Origin: Alphaproteobacteria bacterium
GTDB lineage: Bacteria > Pseudomonadota > Alphaproteobacteria > Bin95
Assembly (NCBI GenBank): GCA_963665325.3
Contig: OZ224045.1
Location: 2,016,001-2,080,000 of the forward strand
DNA length: 64,000 nt
Direction of reading: 5' to 3'
This document shows, piece after piece, positions 18,492-28,176 of this stretch. Under the pieces are notes generated by a model. That model was not told the DNA's origin and ran no database searches. It worked only from the letters and a program-made list of their open reading frames with translations. How positions within the stretch are numbered: the first letter of the stretch is position 1; each line of letters begins with the position of its first letter. The position numbers and the translations under genes were made by a program.

Positions 18492-19658
18492 ATGATACCC
18501 CGTCAGATCACCGAAACCGTTCGCGCCAGGCTGGACCTGTTCCCGGCCGTGGCCCTGCTCGGGCCACGCCAGGTCGGCAAGACGACCTTGGCGGAAATCA
18601 TCGCCGCAGAACGCCCCAGCGTCTATCTCGACCTAGAGGCGTTCGACGCCCGCGAACAACTGGCTGACGCTCCCCTCTTCCTCGAGGCGCACGCGGACCG
18701 GCTGGTCGTCCTGGACGAGGTCCAGCGCATGCCGGAACTGTTCGCGACGCTCCGCGGCGTGATCGACAGGGGCCGGCGCCAGGGACGCCGCGCCGGACGG
18801 TTCCTGCTGTTGGGTTCGGCGTCGGGCGATCTGCTCAGGCAGTCGGGAGAATCCCTGGCCGGCCGCATCGCCTATGTCGAACTGACCCCGTTCCACCTGC
18901 CCGAGGCCGGCGAAGACGCGGTGGAGACGCTCTGGACCAGGGGCGGCTTCCCCGACAGCTTCCTCGCCGGGAGCGACAGGGCCAGCGCGATCTGGCGCGA
19001 GAACTTCATCCGCACCTATCTTGAGCGCGACATCCCCCGGCTGGGGCCGCGGGTGTCGGCAGACACGCTGCGCCGGCTCTGGACCATGCTGTGCCATCTG
19101 CAGGGCGGGACGCTCAACATCGCCGGGATCGCCCGTGGCCTGGGCCTCGACGGGAGAACGGTCGCCGGCTATCTCGACATGCTCGTCGACCTCCTGCTGG
19201 TGCGACGCCTGCTACCCTTCCACGCAAATGTCGGCAAGCGCCTGGTGAAGGCCCCCAAGGTCTATGTGCGCGACAGTGGCATCGTCCACACGCTGCTCCG
19301 GCTGGACGATCGCGACGCCGTTCTGGGCCATCCGGTCGCCGGCGGAAGCTGGGAAGGCTTCGTCCTGGAGACTCTGCTGGCGGCGGCACCTGAGCGGACG
19401 GCCGCCTGGTTCTACCGGACGGCCGCCGGGGCCGAGATCGACCTGGTGCTGGAGATGCCGGACGGCGAGTTGTGGGCGGTCGAGATCAAGCGCGCCCGGG
19501 CGCCGGGGCTCGAGAAGGGATTCCACCACGCCCGCCAGGATCTCCGCCCGTCCCGCGCCTTCCTCGTCGGCTCGGGTACGGACCGCTATCCGAAGGCCGA
19601 CGGCGTCGAGGTCATCGGCTTGGCCGAGCTGGCGTACATCCTTCGCGAAATCCCATAG
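18492..19658 (+). CDS. AAA_14 plus DUF4143 ATP-binding protein
   Basis: GPRQVGKTT, LDEVQR, FLLLGS, ESLAGR, RGGFP, YLERD, KAPKVY.RDSG, EIDLV...AVEIK. Confidence 0.85.
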   Translation: MIPRQITETVRARLDLFPAVALLGPRQVGKTTLAEIIAAERPSVYLDLEAFDAREQLADAPLFLEAHADRLVVLDEVQRMPELFATLRGVIDRGRRQGRRAGRFLLLGSASGDLLRQSGESLAGRIAYVELTPFHLPEAGEDAVETLWTRGGFPDSFLAGSDRASAIWRENFIRTYLERDIPRLGPRVSADTLRRLWTMLCHLQGGTLNIAGIARGLGLDGRTVAGYLDMLVDLLLVRRLLPFHANVGKRLVKAPKVYVRDSGIVHTLLRLDDRDAVLGHPVAGGSWEGFVLETLLAAAPERTAAWFYRTAAGAEIDLVLEMPDGELWAVEIKRARAPGLEKGFHHARQDLRPSRAFLVGSGTDRYPKADGVEVIGLAELAYILREIP

Positions 19659-19673
19659 GACGGGAGAGACATC

Positions 19674-19883
19674 ATGTTGGACCTCCACCATCCGGACATG
19701 GCGTCCGACAACGCCGCCGGGCTGTTTTCGTCGGATGCGACGTGGATGAAAACGCAGGTGCTCGACGCCCGGGCGGTCGGAACGCGGGAATTCGACCTCG
19801 ACGAGTTCGCCCGGTATCGGCGCATCCGGATCCTCACCTATTCGTCGAGCGTGCCGATGCTGAGCACGCTATTCGAGCGGTTC
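19674..19883 (+). pseudogene. Truncated gene 5' end fused to an IS remnant
   Basis: SD-like GGGAGAG before ATG. Plausible sequence (…IRILTYSSS…) switches abruptly to an IS3 peptide at 19884. Confidence 0.35.
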
Positions 19884-19951
19884 AACGGCCTCTACAAGGC
19901 CGAGGTGATCCATCGGCGTGGCCCGTGGAGATCGTGGAGGCTGTCGAATAG
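19884..19951 (+). mobile_element. IS3-family transposase fragment
   Basis: NGLYKAEVIHRRGPWRS, then EAVE after a frameshift. This is a recognisable IS3-family OrfB C-terminal motif. Confidence 0.7.
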
Positions 19952-20204
19952 GTGCATCGGGGCTCTGTGGAGAAGCGCCCCGGCGGCGTCGGGAGCATTA
20001 TCGCTAGCTTCCGCCAGGGCGCTACGCGGCATCCATTGGGGGTTCGGCACCGCGCAGCGTCAGCTTGCGACAGCCTTCGAGGGAAAGTCGATTCGCTGAT
20101 CGGAGCCAGCATTCGCCGCTGGACCATGAACGCGATCTCGGTCAGGCTGCGAAGGCTGGTGTCGTGAGCCCGTCCCGTTCGTCGCGCTATAGCGGAGGCC
20201 CGCA

Positions 20205-20666
20205 ATGCGGCTTAGCAAACGTGTCGACTACGCTCTGCGGGCGCTCGTCTATCTTGCCGTCCATGAAGGGCGCCTCTCCACCATCCACGAGATCGCGGAA
20301 TGCTACGGGATTTCCCGAAGCCACCTGACCAAGGTCGTCTGGCAACTGGGCGGGGCCGGGTACGTGGAGACGGTTCGCGGAAAGAAGGGCGGGGTCAGGC
20401 TGGCTCATCCGCCAGAGACGATTTCCCTTGGCGCGCTCGTGCGTCCTATCGAGCGAACTTTTCCGCCCGCCGAGTGCTTTCCCGACGGGGCGGGCGCGTG
20501 CCGGATCGTCTCATGCTGCCGGTATCGGTCGATACTCGCGGAAGCGGAGGAAGCCTTCTTTGCAGTGTTCGACCGCTACGCGGTTCATGACCTCGTGCAT
20601 CACGTTCGGAGGGGAGGAAGCGAAGCCGGAGGCGTGGCGGCGACCGGGCCGACGCGATCACATTGA
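20205..20666 (+). CDS. Rrf2-family transcriptional regulator (NsrR-like)
   Basis: MRLSK..DYALRALVYLA, IS..HL.KV...L...G.V...RG..GG..LA, Cys cluster ECF......CRIVSCC. Confidence 0.85.
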   Translation: MRLSKRVDYALRALVYLAVHEGRLSTIHEIAECYGISRSHLTKVVWQLGGAGYVETVRGKKGGVRLAHPPETISLGALVRPIERTFPPAECFPDGAGACRIVSCCRYRSILAEAEEAFFAVFDRYAVHDLVHHVRRGGSEAGGVAATGPTRSH

Positions 20667-21010
20667 CCAGCTGCGTTCTCGCGTGAGCTCCTGCTGCTGT
20701 GCGAGGACCCTGATCTGGCGTTTGTAGAAGCCCTCGGAGAGATTGACGAGACCCGCCGCGATAGCGCGGGAGGAAGGTCGCGGGCGAGGTTCCGGACGGA
20801 GACGTTCAGGCGGCGGCGTTTGGCGTCGTCTACGAATGTGCGGAAGGCGGTGAGCGTGCAGGGGGCGTTGGGCCTTGGTGATCTGGCTTTGAGTGGCGGC
20901 GGCAGGATGTTCTGACTTGTACCGTTGGCATATAGCGGAGGGTGGCGAGGCCAAGAAAAGCCTGCTTTAGGACATGAATGGTCGGTGTCGAGAGAACGAC
21001 TAGGTAGGGA

Positions 21011-21553
21011 TTAATTCACGGGGAGAAGGGGGAGATGGATGTTGATATATTCGAGATTCTGTTCGTTCGATCGGCGGTTTGTGGGGCGCTTTCCGCGTGC
21101 GAGGATGGCGTTCATGGTGAAGCTGACCATGGCCTCGGGTTGGAGGTCTTCGGCCGTGAGCTGGATGTTGATGAGGGTTGGGACCTTCGGTGGCAGCAAG
21201 GTGAAGGTCGTACCAGGAAGCCTGCTATTCCTGTTGGTAATGCAGTCGTCGATTCGCGAATCGCGAAGGTTTCTGCATTTTGCAATGCCAGCGATTTCGC
21301 TGAGGTAGTGGACCCCGCCCTTGTTGTCGAGGGCGAGCGGACTTGGCCCAACGAGCGCGAGATAAGCAGAGGTATCGGCCGTATTGGTGATCGTGACGCT
21401 GACCGTGAGACTGCTTTGGGCCCGGTCGGCTCCGATGAAGAGAACTTGGGTGGATAGGCCGTTTCCTTGGACGGCTGGCGAGGGCGGGTGGCTCGAGTGT
21501 GCGGCGGCTGCAGACGCAGTCAGAAGAAGGGCGAGGGCCAGAAGGGGCTTCAT
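21011..21553 (-). CDS. Exported hypothetical protein, 180 aa
   Basis: GAGGA before ATG. Signal peptide MKPLLALALLLTASAAAA. Lower GC than the flanks. Confidence 0.6.
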   Translation of the reverse strand: MKPLLALALLLTASAAAAHSSHPPSPAVQGNGLSTQVLFIGADRAQSSLTVSVTITNTADTSAYLALVGPSPLALDNKGGVHYLSEIAGIAKCRNLRDSRIDDCITNRNSRLPGTTFTLLPPKVPTLINIQLTAEDLQPEAMVSFTMNAILARGKRPTNRRSNEQNLEYINIHLPLLPVN

Positions 21554-21564
21554 GGTCCATGTCC

Positions 21565-22078
21565 TCATGGAGCGGTATCGGATTGAGGGGTTGTCCACAT
21601 GCGGGCGAGAAATTCGCGCGCTTCGAGTCCAACCGCCGTGGTGTAGATGGCTGTAGTCGAGATGTCCGCATGGCCGAGGACGGCGGCGATCGTGGGTCGT
21701 GGGACGCCGGTGGCGACGGTAGCAATTCCGAAGGAATGGTGCTGGCCCTTGGGGCATGCCTGCGGTCCGGAGATCCCGGCGCGCTCCCTGACGGCGACGA
21801 TCCGTCTGTGTCCGGTTGCCCTGGACCAGGGCCAGAGAGGTTTCCTGGCGCGTCGCGGCTGGATCGCGCGCAGGCCGTGGACGAGCTCGAGGGCGCGCAG
21901 GAGGTCGGCTGGCAGCGGGACCTCGCGCCAGTGCTCGGCGCGGCGCTTGAGCGTGCGGATCCGGATCGCGGTTACGTCCAGGTCGATATTTGCAGGGCGG
22001 AGGGCGAGAACCTCGGAGAGCCTGGCGCCGGAATGTGCGAGAGTGAGCGCGAAGGTCTGGCGATCCGACTTCCTTGGC
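21565..22078 (-). pseudogene. Decayed paralog of the tyrosine recombinase at 23128-23730
   Basis: Frame reads RQTFALTLAHSGARLSE...PKGQHHSFG...LGHADISTTAIY but has no start codon, and LRH has become QHH. Confidence 0.75.
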
Positions 22079-22374
22079 GTGAAAGGAGAAGGATTCGATG
22101 ACCCGGAAAGCGGTAATACCGGCGGCGGTTGATCGGAACCAATAGCGAGGGTGCCCCTGCCGTCGGCTTGGTCCTCTTCCCCCTTGTATCCGGATTAGCG
22201 GGACCAGCCGCGTATCGAGGGAGGCGTTTCCGCCGGCGGGACGGTCCTTCGATACGCGCCCGCTGGTGCGGGCGCTACTCAGGATGAGGAGAGGGCCGCG
22301 ATGTCGGGCGGGGCGGGGCCAACAAATGAGTCTCAACCCGGCACCGCTGGTATGAGTCAATTCGTCCACAGGGC

Positions 22375-23061
22375 TTAGCTCCGGGCTTCCCCTACCACTC
22401 GCTCTGCAATGAGGGTATCAAGTTCATTGAGGCGGTCTTGGATAGCCAGCCCGAGGGCTTCGAGGACGAAGTCCGGATCGGCTCCGGGAAGTACCTTGGA
22501 AAGTCCGAGTTCTGTCGGTCTGTGAGGCGCCTGCAGGTCGAGCATGAGAGCTTCGCGGGTGTTGCCTGAAATATCGATGCGCCACATTTCCGGGACGCCC
22601 AGGCGACAGTAGAAGGCCGGCTTGTCCCGATCCCCCGGGCTGCGCTCGACCTCTACCACCAGGTCAGGCGGGTTGTTCAACTCGAATGCCTCGCGTTCTG
22701 CCGGACCCTGCGCATAAGCCCGGCCCCAGCGTTCGGCCGTTTCGCCCAAATAGTAGCAGGAATCGGGTTCGGCACCGGTGTTATCCGGATCGTCGGGCCG
22801 GCGCCAGCGTATCGAGCCCAGATGGATCGCGCGGATCCCGAGACGGCGGCCCATGGCGTCCAGCAGCCGGTCGGTGCCCCTGGCGTGGAGTTCATGCTCG
22901 GGGGACGGCGTCATCAAGTCGACAAAGCCGGTCACCGGGTCGATGAAAACCCGCCGCGCAAGACTGTTCCAGTCGAACTTGGCAGTCAGCAGCGGCACGC
23001 TCTCCGGATCGAGGTGGAATCGGAGATATTCCGACCCCATGCTGCCAATTACCCGTTCCAT
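22375..23061 (-). CDS. Uma2 (DUF820) family endonuclease-like protein
   Basis: MTPSPEHE, GAEPDSCYY, PPDLVVEVE, LGVPEMWRID. Confidence 0.75.
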   Translation of the reverse strand: MERVIGSMGSEYLRFHLDPESVPLLTAKFDWNSLARRVFIDPVTGFVDLMTPSPEHELHARGTDRLLDAMGRRLGIRAIHLGSIRWRRPDDPDNTGAEPDSCYYLGETAERWGRAYAQGPAEREAFELNNPPDLVVEVERSPGDRDKPAFYCRLGVPEMWRIDISGNTREALMLDLQAPHRPTELGLSKVLPGADPDFVLEALGLAIQDRLNELDTLIAERVVGEARS

Positions 23062-23127
23062 GGCGCAAACCCTCCGACGGCCTGTCTTCGCCTCAGTATA
23101 GCTGGGGCTTCATGATGGTGTTGTAGG

Positions 23128-23730
23128 TCATGTCTTCAGCGGGCCGGCTGGCTCCCACATGCGCGCGAGGAACGTCCTGGCCTCGATGCCGACGGCAGTG
23201 GTGTAGATCGCGGTCGTGGCGATGTCGGCATGGCCGAGTACGGCCGCGATGGTAGGCAGCGGCACGCCGGCCGTGACGGCGGCGATGCCGAAGGCGTGGC
23301 GGAGTCCCTTGGGACATGCCTGGGGTCCGGCGATTCCGGCGCGCTCCATGACGGCGACGATGCGCCGGTGGCCGGTGGCGCGCGACCATGGCCAGAGCGG
23401 CTTGCCGGCGTGCCTGGGCGGGATGCTGCGCAGCCCGTGGACAAGTTCGAGCGCGCGCAGGGTCTCCACGGGCAGGGGGACCTCACGCCAGTGCTCGGCG
23501 CGGCGCTTGAGCGTGCGGATGCGGATCGAGGCCGCGTCCAGGTCGATGTCGGCGGACCGGAGTGCCAGCACCTCTGATAGCCTGGCGCCGGAGTGTGCGA
23601 GCGTCAGCGCGAAGGTCTGGCGTTCGGGTTTCGGCTCGCGGGCTGCGACGGCGAGGAAGCGCGTGCGTTCGGCAGCGGTCAGGTATTTGCGCCCGCGTCC
23701 GTCGACGAGCTGGATCGCGCCCAAGGCCAT
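23128..23730 (-). CDS. Small tyrosine recombinase (catalytic domain only, FimB/FimE-sized)
   Basis: RKYLT..E, GARLSE, PKGLRH, LGH and TAIY catalytic set in 200 aa. Confidence 0.85.
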   Translation of the reverse strand: MALGAIQLVDGRGRKYLTAAERTRFLAVAAREPKPERQTFALTLAHSGARLSEVLALRSADIDLDAASIRIRTLKRRAEHWREVPLPVETLRALELVHGLRSIPPRHAGKPLWPWSRATGHRRIVAVMERAGIAGPQACPKGLRHAFGIAAVTAGVPLPTIAAVLGHADIATTAIYTTAVGIEARTFLARMWEPAGPLKT

Positions 23731-23880
23731 GGATGCATCGTTACCATTAGCAGTAATGCCCGTCGAGTGGAGTCCGGGGCCGCCAGGGAGGGTCGGTTGT
23801 GCCTCGCGGTGGGCTGGAGTGCGTCGTGGATTGAGACATTATGACAATTCTGTGTCACAGAGCTTGGAAGCGGGGAATGG

Positions 23881-24195
23881 GTGATGGAAGAGAAGACGGC
23901 GAAGTGGGTGTCGTCGATGGACGAGGCGATGTCGGAGTTGGAGAGGATTCTGGATCGGCTGGAGAAGTCCATCGTTTCGGAGGGCTCGTCAGCGGAGGAG
24001 CGGTCCGGGTTGATGGGAGAGCTGGTGGCGGTGTTTGAGCGTCTGGTGCGTTGCGCGGGGGAGGGACGCGGATTGGCGGAGGGAGAGGAAGCGGCCGCGT
24101 TGGTGGAAGCGAGAATTGCCGTTATTGAAAGCGTGAAAAAATTTGTTGTGGCTGCTTACGAGAAAGACACGGGGTTGAAGTGGGCCTGGAACTGA
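23881..24195 (+). CDS. Hypothetical helical protein
   Basis: Acidic amphipathic 104-aa ORF, divergent from the recombinase. Confidence 0.45.
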   Translation: MMEEKTAKWVSSMDEAMSELERILDRLEKSIVSEGSSAEERSGLMGELVAVFERLVRCAGEGRGLAEGEEAAALVEARIAVIESVKKFVVAAYEKDTGLKWAWN

Positions 24196-24233
24196 TTGTC
24201 CACGGGTCGGTCGGAGGTTTTTCCAGGCTGGTT

Positions 24234-24542
24234 TCAGGAGGTGCGGGTCGTCTCGTCATGGTTCGCCGGGGATGCCGCGCACCCTGTGACGGTGCGCGGG
24301 TATCCCAGCTCGGCTTCCAGCTTTGCCATGATGGCTTCGGCATGGGCGATGTCGTTGAGCGCGCGCTCCTCGAAGGAGGCGTCCGCGAATGATTTGGGGA
24401 GGTCCGGGTTTCTGAGTTTCATGTTGTGACGCGCGATGGCCCGGCGTTCGCGTTCAAGCCTGTGACGCGCGTTGTCGCGGGCAGCGGCGAGGGCTTGGTA
24501 GATGACGTCGAGCTCAAGGTCGGTGAATAACGGTGCGGGCAT
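24234..24542 (-). CDS. Hypothetical protein
   Basis: CAGGA SD and protein-like composition. Confidence 0.5.
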   Translation of the reverse strand: MPAPLFTDLELDVIYQALAAARDNARHRLERERRAIARHNMKLRNPDLPKSFADASFEERALNDIAHAEAIMAKLEAELGYPRTVTGCAASPANHDETTRTS

Positions 24543-24600
24543 GTCGGGTCCTGTTGTTGGCTGGTGGCGAAAGCAGGGAAGGTGTCTATGCGCGTCCGCG

Positions 24601-25161
24601 TCAGGGCCAGAGATCTGCCAAGCTGAAGGTGACTGCGTCGAAAGGTCGAATGTTGACGGGGTCGTCGTCCTTTGCGCTCGCGATCAGCAGCCATTTGCTT
24701 TCGTGGAGTTCGAATGCTTCCAGAGTGCGATCGGTTGGGTCCACGAGCCAAAGGAAGGGGACTCCTTCGCGGGCATAGACGGGACGCTTTTCGTGTAGGT
24801 CCAGCCTACGGGTTCCGGGGGAGAGAACTTCGCAGACCCAGTCCGGTGCAAGGGTGACGTAGGCGGTGTCGGGATAATGCGGCATCCGCTCCCGGCGCCA
24901 TCCAGCCAGATCTGGTACGAGGATGTCCTCGCCCAGGTGCAGTTCGGGTTCATCGACGATCCACCAGCCGCCCGGGCCTCCGTCGCCATAGTTGAACGGC
25001 GGGTTGAGCCGCGCTCCCAGCCCGGAGCTTGCCCAGGCGTGGGGCATGGCGGGCCGGGGCTGGGTGTGCAGCGCGCCGTCGATCACCTCGGCGACCATGT
25101 GGGCGGGGACATTTAACACGTCCTGGTAATCGGCGCGGCGATCCTGTTTCAATGCTTGCAT
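24601..25161 (-). CDS. Uma2 family endonuclease
   Basis: AEVIDG.L...PRP...H, GPGGWWI..EPELHLG, VPDLAGWRRERM, APDWVCEVLSP, YAREGV..LWLVDP. Confidence 0.85.
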   Translation of the reverse strand: MQALKQDRRADYQDVLNVPAHMVAEVIDGALHTQPRPAMPHAWASSGLGARLNPPFNYGDGGPGGWWIVDEPELHLGEDILVPDLAGWRRERMPHYPDTAYVTLAPDWVCEVLSPGTRRLDLHEKRPVYAREGVPFLWLVDPTDRTLEAFELHESKWLLIASAKDDDPVNIRPFDAVTFSLADLWP

Positions 25162-25190
25162 GAGGAGGCTGGCTCCCTTCGGAAACGAAA

Positions 25191-25565
25191 TTACACGCCG
25201 GCGGGGCCGGAGTCTTCCCTGATCTCCTGCCAGACCTGTCTTCGTCCGGTGTTGCGGTCGATGCGGTCGGCTTGGACAGCGACGCCATTCAGGGCCAAGG
25301 TGGCGGTCACTTCATAGGTTCCTTCTGCCTGCAGGGACTGGATGGTTTCGACCAAGAGTAGAAGGCCTTCTCGTGTGCGCCGGCGCACGAGCGCGAGGCG
25401 GGCTTCATGCTCGTCGCAGGTCATGACTTCGAAGGTGCTGCCGTCGTCGCGAAATCGGGCCTCGAGGCGGCCGCAGCGCTGGGCTGCGGCTCGTGAGGGG
25501 TGGGCGGCTCTGAGGCAGCAAAAGGACCTGCCGGTTCTGAAATGGGCGAGATAGCGTTGGGTCAT
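25191..25565 (-). CDS. Hypothetical protein
   Basis: ATG 25565 overlaps the upstream stop (ATGA). Operonic position. Confidence 0.45.
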   Translation of the reverse strand: MTQRYLAHFRTGRSFCCLRAAHPSRAAAQRCGRLEARFRDDGSTFEVMTCDEHEARLALVRRRTREGLLLLVETIQSLQAEGTYEVTATLALNGVAVQADRIDRNTGRRQVWQEIREDSGPAGV

Positions 25566-26041
25566 GGAGCGCGCTGCGCGTCGAGGTGGCGGAGCACGGC
25601 GGCGGTGAGTGCGCGGATGTCCTGGTAGGAACGCTCGTCGGAGTCGTTCCATTCGATGAGGCTGTTGAGATGCGGTTCGGGATTGGGCTCGTCCCATTCT
25701 GGGGTGTCGGGGTCGATGCCGGCGAGCCCGGTGTAGACCTCACACATGGTCTCTGTAGCCTCTCCGATATAGGACGGGTCGTTCCAGAGGATCGAGCCGG
25801 TGTGGATGCGGATGGCGGCGCCGAGGCAGAAGCAGCGGGGGCTTTCGGGTGTGGCGAGGCGGAAGGCGGGCGGGTGGCGGACCTCGTCGTTGTCGACGAC
25901 GTGGAAGCCGCCGTCGAACTCGATGACGTCGCCGTCGTCGTCGCGCCCCCATCCCCCCTGGTGCCATCGGTTGGGGCGGTCGAATGTCTCGTGGACGCGG
26001 CGGGCGATCTCGAGCTGTTGCTCGGGGCTGAGCGTGCGCAT
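25562..26041 (-). CDS. Hypothetical protein (DUF6197-like)
   Basis: W.QG....D, CFCLGAAI and IEWND...RS..DI pattern. Confidence 0.55.
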   Translation of the reverse strand: MRTLSPEQQLEIARRVHETFDRPNRWHQGGWGRDDDGDVIEFDGGFHVVDNDEVRHPPAFRLATPESPRCFCLGAAIRIHTGSILWNDPSYIGEATETMCEVYTGLAGIDPDTPEWDEPNPEPHLNSLIEWNDSDERSYQDIRALTAAVLRHLDAQRAP

Positions 26042-26043
26042 GC

Positions 26044-26460
26044 TCAGTCGTCCTCTGGAAACATTATGGTGATTGCGGGGCTACCGTCGTCGCCGGCGCC
26101 GATCGCCACGATTGGGCAGTGCCTGCCGGGCGGTCGGTGGCTGTCGTGGAGGTCCTTGCGGACGTCGCGCACCAGCACGCACATTGTCACGCGGTCGCTG
26201 TCGGAGGCGCGGAGCGCGTAGTGGCGCGCCATCCAGAGCAAGTCCCACAGGCGTCCGCGCTCGTCCTGGAATCCCTGGTAGTCGTCCGGGAGGGCGATGA
26301 TGCGGTTCCAGACCGTGCGCGTGACGGCGACGGGAATATTGAAGCCTGCTTCGCGCGCCGTGTCGGAGACGTCGACGAGGATGCCGTCCTCAATCGCCTG
26401 GGCGCGGGTGTAGACAGAGATGACGGGATCGAACGCGGCGGCGTTGCCGGGTTGGGGCAT
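26044..26460 (-). CDS. DUF6573-like plasmid/ICE protein
   Basis: VISVYTRAQAIEDG.LVDVS..AREAGF..PVA.T...W, QDERGRLWD.L, GDDG.P.ITIM.PED. Confidence 0.65.
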   Translation of the reverse strand: MPQPGNAAAFDPVISVYTRAQAIEDGILVDVSDTAREAGFNIPVAVTRTVWNRIIALPDDYQGFQDERGRLWDLLWMARHYALRASDSDRVTMCVLVRDVRKDLHDSHRPPGRHCPIVAIGAGDDGSPAITIMFPEDD

Positions 26461-26507
26461 GATCGGTTTCCTTGCGGGAAAGAGTGGGAGGCGATCGCTG
26501 CGGCCTG

Positions 26508-27341
26508 TCAGAGCAGCTCGGCGTTCGCTGTTGCATGTTGCCGGCCGGGAGAGGAGGATCCAGCTGGCAGAGGGGGATCGAGCGGGGTTTCGAGGATGCG
26601 CTGGACCCCGCGCCAGACGCCGGGCGAGCGGTCGGTCGTGAGCAGCCGGGCAATCTGTTTGCGTTTGGCAATCCGGTACTTGCGTGTTTTCTCGGCCTCG
26701 GCAAACGCGAATATCTCGCAATAGCGTTTGACGCCGGCAAGCGTGGTTGCGGCATGGCAGCGTCCGGCCTCGCCGAAGCCATGGATGCGCCAGTATTGTC
26801 CGTCCCGCTGCAGGACCGCTGCTTCCTCCCCCTCGACCTGGAAAGCGTGGACGCCCGGCCGCTTGCGTTTCATTGCTGTCCAGGGCCGGAGGCCGGGATG
26901 TTCCGGGAGTGAGCTGGCGACGGAGAAGAGGACGGCTGCGGCGAGTTCCTGCGTGTGGCAGACCGCGTCGAAGGCGAGCGGCCGGTCGGGCGGTAGCGCC
27001 TTTCTGAGCATGGTCCGGATGTGGCCGGAAAGAGTCCCGAGCGCAGCGCCGGCGGTATTGTCGGGATCGAGCCAGTTACGGAACTGCCGCCCGCTGAGGT
27101 CGTATGTCGCCCGGCGGAGGGCGGCATCAAGAGAGAAGCGCTGGGCGCGGGGCGAGAGGGCGTTACAGGACCGGTCTTCGGCGTCGCGAGCGCCCAGCGG
27201 TGTCCAGCTGGCCTCCAGCATTGGCAGCGCGTAGTCACAGATATCCTTTGGCGTCACGATCGGCGGCAGGTCGGCAAGAGCCGGTGTTCCGGCCGGGCGG
27301 GGCCCGGCACGGCGGAAGGTCGGGTCGGGATGCGGTGTCAT
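26508..27341 (-). CDS. Hypothetical protein
   Basis: GAGGA SD and ATGA overlap with the upstream gene. Confidence 0.5.
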   Translation of the reverse strand: MTPHPDPTFRRAGPRPAGTPALADLPPIVTPKDICDYALPMLEASWTPLGARDAEDRSCNALSPRAQRFSLDAALRRATYDLSGRQFRNWLDPDNTAGAALGTLSGHIRTMLRKALPPDRPLAFDAVCHTQELAAAVLFSVASSLPEHPGLRPWTAMKRKRPGVHAFQVEGEEAAVLQRDGQYWRIHGFGEAGRCHAATTLAGVKRYCEIFAFAEAEKTRKYRIAKRKQIARLLTTDRSPGVWRGVQRILETPLDPPLPAGSSSPGRQHATANAELL

Positions 27342-27883
27342 GACTGGGTGTTCCTCGTGGCTATGCGGAGCGGAACGGGTTCTTCCGTTGGCAAGATGCG
27401 CACGAACCGGACCGCTTCCTCGAGGCGCCGGCGGGCGACGCGGTCATGTCTCGGGTTGGCGCGGAACCAGCGTTCCGGTTTGCGGGAAAACCAGGCCCCG
27501 CTGTCGGCAACGAAGCTGTCGCTGTAGGCGATGAGATGGGTGGTGGTGGCGATGGCCCAGGTGCCGGAGGGCCAGATGTCGAGAACCCGCCCGATGGTGA
27601 CTGAGCGGGTCTCGGAGGGGACGTCGGCGAAAATGCGGTTGTAGGTGTCCTGCCGGCGGGCGTGGCGGCGCTTGTGCAGGTTACGGTGCCGGAGCGCATA
27701 TTCGGGTTGCCAGCCGAGCTCGATCAGGGCGGCGGCGAGTTCGTCCATGTAGACGCCGTTGACGGTCTTTCGGTCGAAGAGCTGTCGGATGATGGCTGCG
27801 GCGTCGTGTGTGTGGATGCCGGCGATGGCGCTGATGGTGGAGGGACCGCATTTGGTGGCCCGGCCCTTGATTCGATGGAGCAT
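27338..27883 (-). CDS. Hypothetical protein
   Basis: AAGGAGG SD. N-terminal CGP..I..I motif and a later H (TTHLIAY). Confidence 0.55.
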   Translation of the reverse strand: MLHRIKGRATKCGPSTISAIAGIHTHDAAAIIRQLFDRKTVNGVYMDELAAALIELGWQPEYALRHRNLHKRRHARRQDTYNRIFADVPSETRSVTIGRVLDIWPSGTWAIATTTHLIAYSDSFVADSGAWFSRKPERWFRANPRHDRVARRRLEEAVRFVRILPTEEPVPLRIATRNTQS

Positions 27884-28176
27884 GGCGTTTCCTCCTTGTC
27901 GCGGGGCAAGGGAATTCGCCGAAAGACTGCTTTTCTCGGACTCCTGGTCCGGGTTTCGGGGATAAATGTCTATTGGAGAAGGAGCGATGGGTCTGCTTTA
28001 GAGGGGACCGCGAAGTCAAAACAATCAAGGCTGGGAAGGATCAATATGAAGGTAATTACGAAGTTGAACGGGACGGGTTGTAAGTCGGGAAACCTGTGAG
28101 TTGTTGTGGCGAGCGTGAAGGATTGCAAGTAGTGTCCGAACAAGGTGGCAGGACTGGAATTTCGGAGGTTGGCGGA

